Assembly (NCBI GenBank): GCA_965248925.1
Contig: CBDFLE010000006.1
Location: 3,584,001-3,648,000 of the forward strand
Source of the DNA: Candidatus Multivoradales bacterium
GTDB lineage: Bacteria; Acidobacteriota; Thermoanaerobaculia; Multivoradales; J023
DNA: 64,000 nt
Direction: 5' to 3'
Below, piece after piece: positions 21,018-30,365 of this stretch (position 1 is its first letter; the number at the start of each line of letters is the position of its first letter). The notes below the pieces were generated by a model. The model did not search any database. It saw only the letters and a list, made by a program, of their open reading frames with translations, and was not told where the DNA came from. Both the position numbers and the translations under genes were made by a program.

Positions 21018-21434
21018 TTAGCCGTATTCCTTCGCCTCGTAGTCGCCCTTGCTCGACTCCAGGCCCTGGTATTTGCTCGGACACTTGACCAGCAACTTGT
21101 CGGCCGCGAAGATCTCGGTTGCTGGGTCGTAGCTGCCGATGGCAACAATGCTTATCGCGTCTTCAAAGTTGGCTGGCTTGACCCCCTGGTAACGCACCGG
21201 CATGGTGCTCTGGTCTTTCTCGTCGACCAGGGTGAAGAGCAGGCTGTGGCTGGACTCGTCGTAGCCCGAGCTGTCTTTGTCCAGGCCGCCGGCCACTTGC
21301 ACGCTGCGACCGCTAGCGCGGGCGTCGGCGTAGGAGACGTAGGGAGTCAACGACTCTTGGAAGGCTGAAAGAGCGAAGCCGCCAAAGGCCAGCAGTAACG
21401 CGGCTCCGAGGAAATAAGTAGCTTTCTTGCTCAT
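21018..21434 (-). CDS. ccmE: Heme chaperone, CxxxY type
   Basis: N-terminal TM, VRYQGVKPANF, LVKCPSKY. Confidence 0.88.
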   Translation of the reverse strand: MSKKATYFLGAALLLAFGGFALSAFQESLTPYVSYADARASGRSVQVAGGLDKDSSGYDESSHSLLFTLVDEKDQSTMPVRYQGVKPANFEDAISIVAIGSYDPATEIFAADKLLVKCPSKYQGLESSKGDYEAKEYG

Positions 21435-21547
21435 TGCTCTTCTTCCCTCCGGCTGATTTGCCGGTCGAGTTTCAACAGGTAGAGGAACAACCCGGCCCAA
21501 ATGATCAGGTTGACCGCCGCCAACCAAAGTACGCCACCATCGTTCAT
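21431..21547 (-). CDS. ccmD: CcmD-like small membrane protein (38 aa, not in the ORF track)
   Basis: MNDGGVLWLAAVNLIIWAGLFLYLLKLDRQISRREEEQ between ccmC and ccmE; RBS and ATGA overlap. Confidence 0.75.
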   Translation of the reverse strand: MNDGGVLWLAAVNLIIWAGLFLYLLKLDRQISRREEEQ

Positions 21548-21616
21548 TGCCTCGTCTCCTCTTCCAGCCGTAGGTTCTTGTCCCGAGGCAGCAGTAGAAT
21601 CTGGGGATTCAAATCC

Positions 21617-22276
21617 TTACACATCGTCAAGTTGCTCGAATGCCAAGATGCGACGCCGCAAGCTGTGCATCCAGAAGAGTAATGCGATAAAGCCGGCCAT
21701 CCCCGCCAATACCACCGACAGAATTGGCGATGCCATCTCGGCCTTGCCAGGAGTCGGGTGCAAGGAGAAGCTGGCCATGCGCGGCATCACGAAGTAGAGG
21801 AACGGCGCCACCACCAAGCCGAGCACGGCGTAGACCGCCGCCAGTCGGGCACGGGTTTCAGCGTCTTCGACCGCGCCGCGCAGGGTCAGATAGGCGCCGT
21901 AGAAGATCAATGCCAAGGCAATGCTGGTTTGGCGCGGGTCCCAGTTCCAGTAGGCTCCCCACTGCACCTTGGCCCACACCGCGCCGGTGACCGTGGCCAG
22001 TATGGCGAACACTAGCGATACCTCGACCGCTGCCAAACTGGCCCAGTCGTGGCGTTGCTGGCGGCGAATCAAGTAGAGCGCGCTCCACACGCCGGCAGCG
22101 AGAAAGCCGATGAACGAAGCCACCGCCAGGGGCACATGGAAGTAAACAATGCGGCTCGATTGTGGGCTGTCTCCAGCCAGGCCGCTAAAGCCGCTCGACA
22201 TCGGGGCGGCGAGCAGGGCGGCCAAGATCACCGCTGAGATCCACAGAAAAAGCAGCCAGGACAGAGCTTTCTTCAT
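21617..22276 (-). CDS. ccmC: Heme exporter C
   Basis: IVYFHVP, WAKVQWGAYWNWDPR (WWD motif), SLHP. Confidence 0.92.
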   Translation of the reverse strand: MKKALSWLLFLWISAVILAALLAAPMSSGFSGLAGDSPQSSRIVYFHVPLAVASFIGFLAAGVWSALYLIRRQQRHDWASLAAVEVSLVFAILATVTGAVWAKVQWGAYWNWDPRQTSIALALIFYGAYLTLRGAVEDAETRARLAAVYAVLGLVVAPFLYFVMPRMASFSLHPTPGKAEMASPILSVVLAGMAGFIALLFWMHSLRRRILAFEQLDDV

Positions 22277-22340
22277 CACGTCCTCGTACGATTTCTTCGA
22301 ATTCTGGTTCGTCACCCCAAGCCGCATGGGTACCTTCGAC

Positions 22341-23024
22341 TTATGGATTCCACACCACGGGGAAGAGCATCAGAGCGGCCACTGTCAAGGTCCCATCATA
22401 CAGCAGAGTCTGCATCAGTGCCGAACTGCTTGGCTCGCCGAGCACCGCGCTGCGGGTGAGTTGGATGGCGAAGAGCAGCAGCGGTAACAAGACCGGGAAC
22501 GCCAGCACTGAGAACAACGCTCCGCGCGAGCGCGCCTGTGCCACCATGGCGGCAATCAGGGTACTGGCCACCGCCAGCCCATAGCCGCCCACCGCCAGGG
22601 CGCCTAGCAGCCGCGGCGCCGAACTCACTGGCATTTGCAGCATCGCCAGGTAAAGCGGCACGACGATCAGTTCGAGCAAGCCGAGCAGCGCCAGGTTATA
22701 GAGCAGTTTGCCGCAGAACAGCGCCGACGGCCGCGCTGACAGGCGTAATGCCGCCGCGGTGCCGAGTTCCTCCTCCTGCACGAAACTGCGCGGTAAGCCC
22801 GCCGAAGAGGCGAAGAGCAGGATCAACCACAGAATCACCGCCAGGGTGTTGAGCCCGTCGCTAGAGGTGCCGATGGGCCCTAACGCCATGCTCACCATGA
22901 CCAGGGTCGAGAAGGCGAAAAGACCGACGGTGTTCAGGGCATACCGAGTGCGCAGCTCGCAGCGCCACTCCTTGCCGGCGACCGCCAGCGTTTCATGAAT
23001 CCAGATCGAGGCGTGTCGTGACAC
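22341..23024 (-). CDS. ccmB: Heme exporter B
   Basis: Six TM segments, SFVQEEELGT, FPVLLPLL; position in the ccm operon. Confidence 0.88.
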   Translation of the reverse strand: MSRHASIWIHETLAVAGKEWRCELRTRYALNTVGLFAFSTLVMVSMALGPIGTSSDGLNTLAVILWLILLFASSAGLPRSFVQEEELGTAAALRLSARPSALFCGKLLYNLALLGLLELIVVPLYLAMLQMPVSSAPRLLGALAVGGYGLAVASTLIAAMVAQARSRGALFSVLAFPVLLPLLLFAIQLTRSAVLGEPSSSALMQTLLYDGTLTVAALMLFPVVWNP

Positions 23025-23655
23025 GGGGTAGCTCCAAATCGTCCGGGTTGGCGACTACTGCCAGGCTCCCGTCATCCAGGTGTTGCTCGAGCAGTCGCCT
23101 GACATCGCGCCGCCCTTGAGCGTCGAGGTTCTGTAGTGGCTCGTCGAGCAGCAGCAGGCGCGGCCGATGAGCCAGTGCCCAGCACCAACGCAGCCGTTGG
23201 CGCATGCCCGAAGACAAGGCGGCAGCCTCGCGACCGCGGGGCAAGCCGAGGTGGTCGAGCAGTTGGCGACCGTGTTGCGGTTCGATACCGCGTAGGCGGG
23301 CAAAGAAGTCGAGATTCTCAAGGGTCGTCAGCTGGGGGTAGAATTCCAAGTCGGGAGCGACCCAGCCGACGGCCCGTCGCCGTTCCTCGGTGCTGAGCTG
23401 GTGGCCGCCCAGCCGGTATTCGATAGTGCCCCGCTGGGCCACCAACAAGCCGCTGAGACAGCGCAGCAAGGTGCTCTTGCCCGAGCCGTTGGATCCGGTC
23501 ACCAACAGCAGATCGCCGGGGTCGACCTGGCCAGAGACCCCGCGCAACACTCGCAGCCGGCCGTAGGAGCGGCGCAGGTCGCGAAATCGCAGCCGATCTT
23601 GGCCCGGATGGTCCCCGGGTCGCCGGTCCGCCGTGTCCTGTAGATCACTACCCAT
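22993..23655 (-). CDS. ccmA: Heme exporter ATP-binding protein
   Basis: GSNGSGKS, LSSGMRQR, LLLDEP. Confidence 0.88.
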   Translation of the reverse strand: MGSDLQDTADRRPGDHPGQDRLRFRDLRRSYGRLRVLRGVSGQVDPGDLLLVTGSNGSGKSTLLRCLSGLLVAQRGTIEYRLGGHQLSTEERRRAVGWVAPDLEFYPQLTTLENLDFFARLRGIEPQHGRQLLDHLGLPRGREAAALSSGMRQRLRWCWALAHRPRLLLLDEPLQNLDAQGRRDVRRLLEQHLDDGSLAVVANPDDLELPRVTTRLDLDS

Positions 23656-23795
23656 GGCGGTGGATTATAGGCCCAGTGCCGGGGTATTCGCAGCCGTATT
23701 CAAGGTGGTGTCGACGGTGGTGTTGACGGTGGCATTCAAAGTGGTCTTGAATCTCTATGGATGGCCGAGTCGGCCAGGGGACGTGCTGACGCCGG

Positions 23796-25904
23796 TTGTT
23801 TCGTATCCGGGCAGGACGTAGGATCATGCTCATGTCGGATGCACTAGATGGTGACGGGATCGACTCCCGCGGGCCTTTGAGGGCAGCGTCGCTGGCGCTG
23901 CCGCGAACCTTGTTGGCCTTGGTGATGGTGAGCGTTCTTAGTTGTGCTGGTAGTACGCCTCCCGCCAGTCGTCCTGCGCTGCCGGTCGCCGCTGTCGAGC
24001 AGGCCCATCTCGAGGAGCATGCGCTGTTGCTTTTGCTCGCGGATCGGCGTACCTACGAGCCTTTCACCTTGCAGCAATCACTCGATGGCGATGTCGAGCT
24101 ACGCCGCGCCCTGGCCGCGGCGGTAGGTTGGTTGGGCGATCCGCGAGGCGCTGGCCTACTCGCGGTGTTGGCCACCGACGTCGATCTGCAAGTACGGCGG
24201 GCGGCGGTGTTCAGCTGTGGTGAGTTGGGAGAGAAAGGGGCCTCTGGCTGTGCCGACACCCTACTCCGGCGGCTTGACGACGAAGATCGTCAGACGGGTA
24301 GATTGGCGGTCGAAGGGCTAGCCAAGATCGGCGTGCCCTTCGACAGCATTCTGCCGGTGTTGAGCGAGATGAGCGCGGAGGAATTCCTTGCTCGTCTAGT
24401 GCCTTCGTTGTCGCAATGGGCGCGTGCGGGAGTCGCGGTTCAGGGCTGGGCTGAGTTGGGCCTGGCCAGTTCGGATCCCCAGATCCACGCCCTGGCCGCC
24501 CACTCACTGACTCGCGAGCCGCAGCCCGAATCACGGGTCGCGATTCGCGGCCTGTTGGGCGATGCCGACCCCTGGGTGCGCTCTTGGGCGGCGCGGGCGA
24601 TGGGCTGGGTGGGGGCGCGCGAAGATCTAGAGCTGCTGCGTCCGTTGCTTGAGGATTCCCACCTAGGACCCGCTGTGCAGGCGTTGCGAGCCGCCCATCG
24701 TCTGCTGCGCGAAGGCCGCGCGGCGCCACCTGCTGCTTGGCGCGACCGATTGCTCGAGCTGTTTTCCGATCCCCGGCCGGCGGTGCGCCACAGTGCTATT
24801 GAGGCGAGTGCCGGTTGGTTGCTTGACAGGCAGCTGGAGGAGGCCTTAAAAGGCCTTGCCTTTGCCGAGGTGGCGCGAGATCGGCAGCTGGCGGTGCTTG
24901 CTCTGGCGGCCGCCGCCAGCCCGGCTGCGGAGCTTCTGAACGCCCGTTTGGCCCGCCATCCCGAAGCCGCGGAAAGGGCGGTCGCCGCGCGTGCGGCAGG
25001 GCGGCTAGGCAGCGAGACCCTGCTTGCCGAGTTGGCTGAAGATCCCGCGGCGGGAGTCCGCTTGGCGGCACTGTCGGTCTACTTGCAGCGCGACGACGCC
25101 AGCGCCGAGTCTCAGGCTCGAAGAGCATTGGCGGACCCTGATTCGGCAGTTCGTGCCTTGGCTATCGAATGGACCGTGGACCATCCGGTGGTCGAGCTGC
25201 GCGCCTTGGCGCCAGCGTTCTCGCCGTTGCGTCGCGAACGCGGTATCAGTCCCTTCTTGGCCGGCGCCAAGAGTCTGGCGGCGCGGGCGCGGGTGGAACC
25301 GCTGGAGCGCGGTACCGCGGTAGCTTTGCTTGAGGACCTGGCCGCTGATCAGCGGTATTTGGTGCGTCGGGCTGCGATTGAAGAACTTGGCAGTCTAGGG
25401 CGCCCGCGGCCCGCGCTAGGCACCGTCGACAGTGGCCGTTCGGTGTCTACGTATCGGGAGCTGGTGCTGCGTAGCCGGCGTCCGCGAGAGGTAGAGATTG
25501 TCACCAGTCGGGGTAAGATGACGGTACGCTTGGAATGCCCGCTGGCACCCTTGACCTGTTTGAATTTCTTGCAGCTTGCCGGCCAAGGCTACTACGACGA
25601 CATGTCTTGGCGGCGAGTGGTGGCGGATTTCATCGTCCAGAGTGGCGATCCGCGTAGCGACGCTGCGGCGGGTCCCGGCTACACGGTGCGCGATGAAGTC
25701 AATCCGCTGCGCTTCGAGCGAGGTGTCTTGGGCATGGTGCTGGAGGGTCCCGACACGGCGGGCAGTCAGTTTTTCATCACCCTGTCGCGACAGCCACACC
25801 TCGATGGCGTATACACTGCTTTCGGTCGGCTAGTGGACGGAGAGTTGGTGCTCGATCAGCTGGTCCAAGGCGACCGTATCGTTACCATTCGGGAGGTGGC
25901 TTAG
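23796..25904 (+). CDS. HEAT-repeat protein with C-terminal cyclophilin-type PPIase
   Basis: HEAT repeats (D.D..VR..A); C-terminal NFLQLA..GYY, QSGDP, DTAGSQFFI, HLDGVYTAFG; true start probably downstream, possible lipobox VLS-C. Confidence 0.85.
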   Translation: MFRIRAGRRIMLMSDALDGDGIDSRGPLRAASLALPRTLLALVMVSVLSCAGSTPPASRPALPVAAVEQAHLEEHALLLLLADRRTYEPFTLQQSLDGDVELRRALAAAVGWLGDPRGAGLLAVLATDVDLQVRRAAVFSCGELGEKGASGCADTLLRRLDDEDRQTGRLAVEGLAKIGVPFDSILPVLSEMSAEEFLARLVPSLSQWARAGVAVQGWAELGLASSDPQIHALAAHSLTREPQPESRVAIRGLLGDADPWVRSWAARAMGWVGAREDLELLRPLLEDSHLGPAVQALRAAHRLLREGRAAPPAAWRDRLLELFSDPRPAVRHSAIEASAGWLLDRQLEEALKGLAFAEVARDRQLAVLALAAAASPAAELLNARLARHPEAAERAVAARAAGRLGSETLLAELAEDPAAGVRLAALSVYLQRDDASAESQARRALADPDSAVRALAIEWTVDHPVVELRALAPAFSPLRRERGISPFLAGAKSLAARARVEPLERGTAVALLEDLAADQRYLVRRAAIEELGSLGRPRPALGTVDSGRSVSTYRELVLRSRRPREVEIVTSRGKMTVRLECPLAPLTCLNFLQLAGQGYYDDMSWRRVVADFIVQSGDPRSDAAAGPGYTVRDEVNPLRFERGVLGMVLEGPDTAGSQFFITLSRQPHLDGVYTAFGRLVDGELVLDQLVQGDRIVTIREVA

Positions 25905-25955
25905 CACGGAGCGAGGTAGCGGCCTCGCACTGAGCGGAAGACCACCCAGAGATTC

Positions 25956-25981
25956 TGCAACCTTCGTTTAAACCTCACGTA
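25956..25981 (+). promoter_or_regulatory. Putative autoregulatory ECF promoter
   Basis: TGCAAC-N16-CGTA, one mismatch from the SigW-type TGAAAC-N16-CGTA, 8 bp before the sigma ATG. Confidence 0.6.
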
Positions 25982-25989
25982 GCTAGGCA

Positions 25990-26577
25990 ATGTCGAGAGA
26001 AGCGGTGCGACCCACAGATGAAGAGCTGGTTGCGTCGGTCCTTGACGGCGAGTCGGAGCTTTACGGCCAGGTAGTGGCCAGGTACCAAGGCCGCTTGGTC
26101 AACTACCTCTACCGGATGCTGCGCAACGTGGATGATGCCCACGACTTGGCGCAGGAAGTTCTCTTCAAGATCTACGGCGCGCTCGATCGGTTCGATCCCA
26201 GCTATCGCTTCTCGACCTGGCTCTTTAGGGTGGCCCAGAACGCGGCCATTGACCGAATTCGCAAACGCCGGCTCAAGCTGGTGTCGATCCACCGCCCAGA
26301 TACCGGCGATGGAGATGGTGGCGATTGGCAGTTGCCTAGCGACGATCCGACGCCCTATCAGACGACCCGCAATATCGAGCGCGGCGTGGCTATCGAAGAG
26401 GCGATCGAGAGCCTGCCCTGGGAGTACCGCGAGTTGATTGTGATGCGGCACTATGGCGAGCTGTCCTACGACGAGATCGCCAAAGCCAAAGGGATGCCAC
26501 TCGGCACAGTGAAGAACAAGCTGTTCCGGGGTCGGCAGATGTTGAAGCAGAAGCTGCGAGAGTTTTTGACCGATTAG
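25990..26577 (+). CDS. ECF RNA polymerase sigma factor (RpoE/SigW-like)
   Basis: DLAQE, FSTWLFRVAQN..ID, region 4 SYDEIA...PLGTVKNKLFRGR. Confidence 0.93.
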   Translation: MSREAVRPTDEELVASVLDGESELYGQVVARYQGRLVNYLYRMLRNVDDAHDLAQEVLFKIYGALDRFDPSYRFSTWLFRVAQNAAIDRIRKRRLKLVSIHRPDTGDGDGGDWQLPSDDPTPYQTTRNIERGVAIEEAIESLPWEYRELIVMRHYGELSYDEIAKAKGMPLGTVKNKLFRGRQMLKQKLREFLTD

Positions 26578-26649
26578 ATGTTGCACGAGAGCGGTTAGAA
26601 GCCAGATCTCAACAACGACAGCACAAAGAACAGCACAGAGACCAGACTC

Positions 26650-27252
26650 ATGAGCACCCAAAACTCAACAGACGCCGCCACCCTCGAGATGTGGCTGGAC
26701 CAAGACCTGGGCGGCACCCTGGCGATCGACGATCGGCAAAGGCTCGATCGCTGCGCCGCCGCCGGTGTCGCCACCGCGACGTTACGGCAGGAGCTGCAAT
26801 CGCTGCACGCCTTGCTGGCCGAGAGCCGGATCGAGGTGCGAGCTGATTTTCGCCAGCAATTGATGGCCCGGTTGCCAGTTGCCACTTGGGAGCCGCGACG
26901 TTCTCCGGCTTGGGCCTTGCCACTGGCTTTGGCTCTGTCGTTGGCGCTTGCTGCCGGTCTGTTGCTTGCCAGGTCCGACTTCACTAGCGGACCGTCGTTT
27001 GGTACAGCGCTGGCTCTGGTCGATTTTCTGCAAGCCGCGTCCTTGGCCGGGGCGGGCCTGTGGGCGGCGACTTGGCGCGGATTTGGTTTGGGTCTGGAAG
27101 AGCTGATGGCTGCTTCCAAGCTCAACCTGCTGGCATTTGGTTTCGGTGTGCTATGTCTCAACCTGCTGTTCTTCCGCCTGTTGCGCCGACCGGCGTTAGC
27201 GACTGCTGAGAGTTCCTCCGCAAGGGTAAGTTCCAGCCGGGAGCAGGGCTGA
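26650..27252 (+). CDS. Putative membrane anti-sigma factor
   Basis: Directly after the ECF sigma; soluble N-terminus followed by TM segments. Confidence 0.55.
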   Translation: MSTQNSTDAATLEMWLDQDLGGTLAIDDRQRLDRCAAAGVATATLRQELQSLHALLAESRIEVRADFRQQLMARLPVATWEPRRSPAWALPLALALSLALAAGLLLARSDFTSGPSFGTALALVDFLQAASLAGAGLWAATWRGFGLGLEELMAASKLNLLAFGFGVLCLNLLFFRLLRRPALATAESSSARVSSSREQG

Positions 27253-27309
27253 ATCGTCCCTTCGCTGCTAGTAATCCTACGCCACGCTAGCCCCTGTTAA
27301 GGTGGGGTA

Positions 27310-28257
27310 GTGAGCCACCAAATCCCCAGTCGAAGACCGAGCGACCCGTCCTGGCGGCGGGTTCTCTTGCTGGCCTTGGCTATCGTCTTGGCCACGGCCG
27401 CTTTCGAGAGCCCCGCGGGCGAGCGGCGCGGGCCGGCCTACCGGCTTGAGAACGGAGGTTTGGCACGCAGCCGAATCGTTGCTCTGGGGCGCGATGTGAT
27501 GCTTGATGGCGAGGCCCGCAGCCACGTTGTGGCGCTGTCGGGCTCGGTCTTCATCACCGGTGAGGTGGCAGGTGACGTGATCGTTATCGATGGCGAGGTA
27601 CATTTGTCGCCCACGGCCCGGGTGGAGGGCGATATTTTCGTCCTTGGCGGGCGCATCGCAGCAGCGCCTAATGCTCAGATCGGCGGCCGATCGGTGGCCT
27701 ATCCCGACGCCGCGGCGGTGTGGATGTCATTGCTCGAAGGGCCGGCGCTGGGGCGATCGGCGGGATCCAAGGTGGTGCTGGGAGCGCGGATGGCGTTAAT
27801 GGCATTTTGGGCCTTGGTTGGCGTGTTGTTGTTCGCCATCGCCGGCCGGGAAGTGGTCAGCACCTCCGAGAGCATTCGCTTAGAGCCCTTCCGCAACTTC
27901 TTTGTTGGTCTTACCGGCGTTTTGGCGATGGTGCTCACTGCCCTCTTTTTCAGCTCCTTCGCTGGTGCCTTTCTTGGCATTCCCTTGTTAGTGTTGGTCG
28001 GCGTTGTTGCCCTGGGACTGCGTTTTTGGGGCATGGTGGCGGTGTTTCACGCCCTCGGTAGTTGGCTCGCTCGCACCCTTGGGCGCCGCCCGCCTTTGCC
28101 GCTGAGCGCCGCGACTCTCGGCCTGGTCGCCCTCGGAGTGGTCAAATTCCTCCCTTGGTTCGGCATCCTGGCCTGGACCGTTGCCACCTTCATCGGCGTC
28201 GGCGCGGCCCTCTCCACCAAGCTCGGCCGCCGCGAAGCCTGGTTCCAGACTGGCTGA
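27310..28257 (+). CDS. Membrane protein with bactofilin-like beta-helix repeats
   Basis: 'V.LDGE..GDV.V.DG.V.L...A.VEGDI.VLGG' repeats then about 5 TM segments. Confidence 0.65.
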   Translation: MSHQIPSRRPSDPSWRRVLLLALAIVLATAAFESPAGERRGPAYRLENGGLARSRIVALGRDVMLDGEARSHVVALSGSVFITGEVAGDVIVIDGEVHLSPTARVEGDIFVLGGRIAAAPNAQIGGRSVAYPDAAAVWMSLLEGPALGRSAGSKVVLGARMALMAFWALVGVLLFAIAGREVVSTSESIRLEPFRNFFVGLTGVLAMVLTALFFSSFAGAFLGIPLLVLVGVVALGLRFWGMVAVFHALGSWLARTLGRRPPLPLSAATLGLVALGVVKFLPWFGILAWTVATFIGVGAALSTKLGRREAWFQTG

Positions 28258-28335
28258 GCTTTGCTAGCTGGGCGTCTCGAAAACTACACAAATCACTGAA
28301 AACAGGTATCTTACTCTTCGTCCCGCCAGGGACGT

Positions 28336-28375
28336 CACAGCATAGCGAGTGATTTCAATCACTCGCTATGCTGTG
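28336..28375. repeat. Perfect 19-bp inverted repeat
   Basis: cacagcatagcgagtgatt-tc-aatcactcgctatgctgtg. Confidence 0.9.
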
Positions 28376-28612
28376 GCTGGGACATCGGCCAGCTGCGGCA
28401 ATGCGCCAACAGCTCACAAGCCGCCGCATTGCACATCCAAAATGTTAATCGGCCCAGCCAAATGAACACGCAAGCGGCACATCCCCGCCGGGCGGCAAAT
28501 CGCCGACCGATGCAACCGAGTGGGAAGTCGCAAGCCCAGAAAAGAAGTCTAACTCTTCTGCTATTGTCGGCTGCGAGTCAAGAAAGCTATAGGAATCCAG
28601 GGGAGGATCACC

Positions 28613-29245
28613 ATGAAGCTCGACCACCACCACGCCTTGCTCGCGGACGCTGCTAGGGACAGCTTGCAGAAGATCCGGCAGGATAAGCGCAAGCTCAACA
28701 AAAGGCTCAAGCCCCCACTAGCGCGCCTGGAAAAAGATCTCTTTCTGTCCGAAATGGACGTTGCCAGGCTGCGGCTGGATTGCAAAATCGGCGATCGCGC
28801 GGTGGGCAGCGAGATTGGCCGCGTGCTGGGCGTGCCATTGCAGACCTATATTAGAGACCGCCGTTTGGAGACGGCGGTCCGGCTGCTGGGACGTACCAAT
28901 CTGAATCACGGCGAGATCAGTGAGTTGCTGGGCTGCTATTCGAGCACTTCAGCTTTTTGCCGCTCCTTCAAGCGCTGGTGCAACCTGCAGCCGGGTGCCA
29001 TGCGCCGGCAACTTCGAGCCAATTCGCCGCAGGCCGGCGCGCCAGCCGACGAGATGCTAAACCGCGAATTCTGGTACCCGGCGATGTTCGGCAAGCTAGA
29101 TCCGGAGCAAGAATACCGATTCACCCGCCATGTGCAGGCTCTCTACCCCAGGTCCCTCCAGCTAGCTTGCACCGAGGCGAATGACGACTCAGAGCCCCAC
29201 CAGGAGCACATTGACGGACGCCGATTCGAGCGTTTCCATGCCGAA
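28613..29245 (+). pseudogene. AraC-type HTH protein truncated by IS21
   Basis: YIRDRRLETAVRLL..EISELLG..S.SAFCRSFKRW; frame runs into the IS end at 29246. Confidence 0.7.
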
Positions 29246-29600
29246 TGCCTATTCCGACGAAACTGACCAGCCATTCCGATCGAAACCGACCACTTGTCGG
29301 AGCGAAGCGACGCTGGCGCTCTCCTCAGTTGTAAGTGTCCACTTTCGCTGTAGCTGGAGCCCTCCTTCCGGCTCTTCTTCTTGATTGATTGTATTCAAAT
29401 AACCCGTCGTCGGGGCTGTGCGTAGCTGTGGGAAACGCAGGTTGGGGGGCAGGGGGGCGTTTTCCAAGCGGTTGTGGGAATCGCAGAGCGATTTCCACAA
29501 CCGCGGCAGCTTCCACAGTCCATCTTGGGTCGGGTCCGGATCGGGCCGCAGGCCCGCTGATGGGTCAGAATCGGCGATCGCTTCAGCATGCTCTTGGATC

Positions 29601-30365
29601 TCACCTTGCCTCTCGCTGGGCGGCCTTGCGAATACCGCCGGCTCTCTTCGCCCGCATGGAGTCACCGTCCACCGCGAGCTTGTAGGCGCCGTGGACAGTG
29701 CGATCGAGGATGGCGTCGGCCAAGGTCGGATCGCCGATGACCTCGTACCAGCTCTCAACCGGTAGCTGGGAGGTCACCAGCGTGGAGCGGTTGCCGTAGC
29801 GGTCCTCAAGAATCTCGAGCAGGTCGCGCCGCTCGCTGGCCCCGATCGGCGCCAGCCCCCAGTCGTCGAGGATGAGCAGGTCTGTGCGAGCATAGCTCTT
29901 GAGCAGCTTCTCGTAGCTACCATCACCCCGCGCGATGGCGAGCTGGCGAAACAGCCTCGGCACCCGCAGGTACAAAGCGGTGTAACCCTCCCGACATGCC
30001 TTGTGCGCGAAGGCGCAGGCGAGAAAGGTCTTGCCCACCCCGGCCTTGCCGGTGATCAGCACGTTGAGATGCTCGGCGATCCACTGGCACGAGGCCAGGC
30101 GCAGGATCTGGCCTTTGTCCAGGCCCCTCTTGGCTCGCCAGTCGATGTCTTCGATGGCCGCCTGCTCGCGCAGCTTGGCTTTTCGCAACCGCGCTATCAA
30201 GCGGCGGCTGGATCGCTCGGTCGCTTCGCGCTCGACCAGCAGCCCGAGGCGCTCTTCGAAGGAGAGCTCTGAGACATCGACCATCGACAGCTGCTCCTCA
30301 AAGGCTTTGGCCATACCGTGGAGCTTGAGCGCGGCGAGTTGATCGAGCGTCGCGTGCCTCAGCAT
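29601..30365 (-). CDS. istB: IS21 helper ATPase
   Basis: GKAGVGKT, LILDDWG, TSQLP, ADAILDR. Confidence 0.95.
   Translation of the reverse strand: MLRHATLDQLAALKLHGMAKAFEEQLSMVDVSELSFEERLGLLVEREATERSSRRLIARLRKAKLREQAAIEDIDWRAKRGLDKGQILRLASCQWIAEHLNVLITGKAGVGKTFLACAFAHKACREGYTALYLRVPRLFRQLAIARGDGSYEKLLKSYARTDLLILDDWGLAPIGASERRDLLEILEDRYGNRSTLVTSQLPVESWYEVIGDPTLADAILDRTVHGAYKLAVDGDSMRAKRAGGIRKAAQREAR

Noticed and set aside
23684-23752. Imperfect 12-bp repeats between ccmA and the PPIase gene
   Set aside because: Degenerate, low copy, no supportable function.
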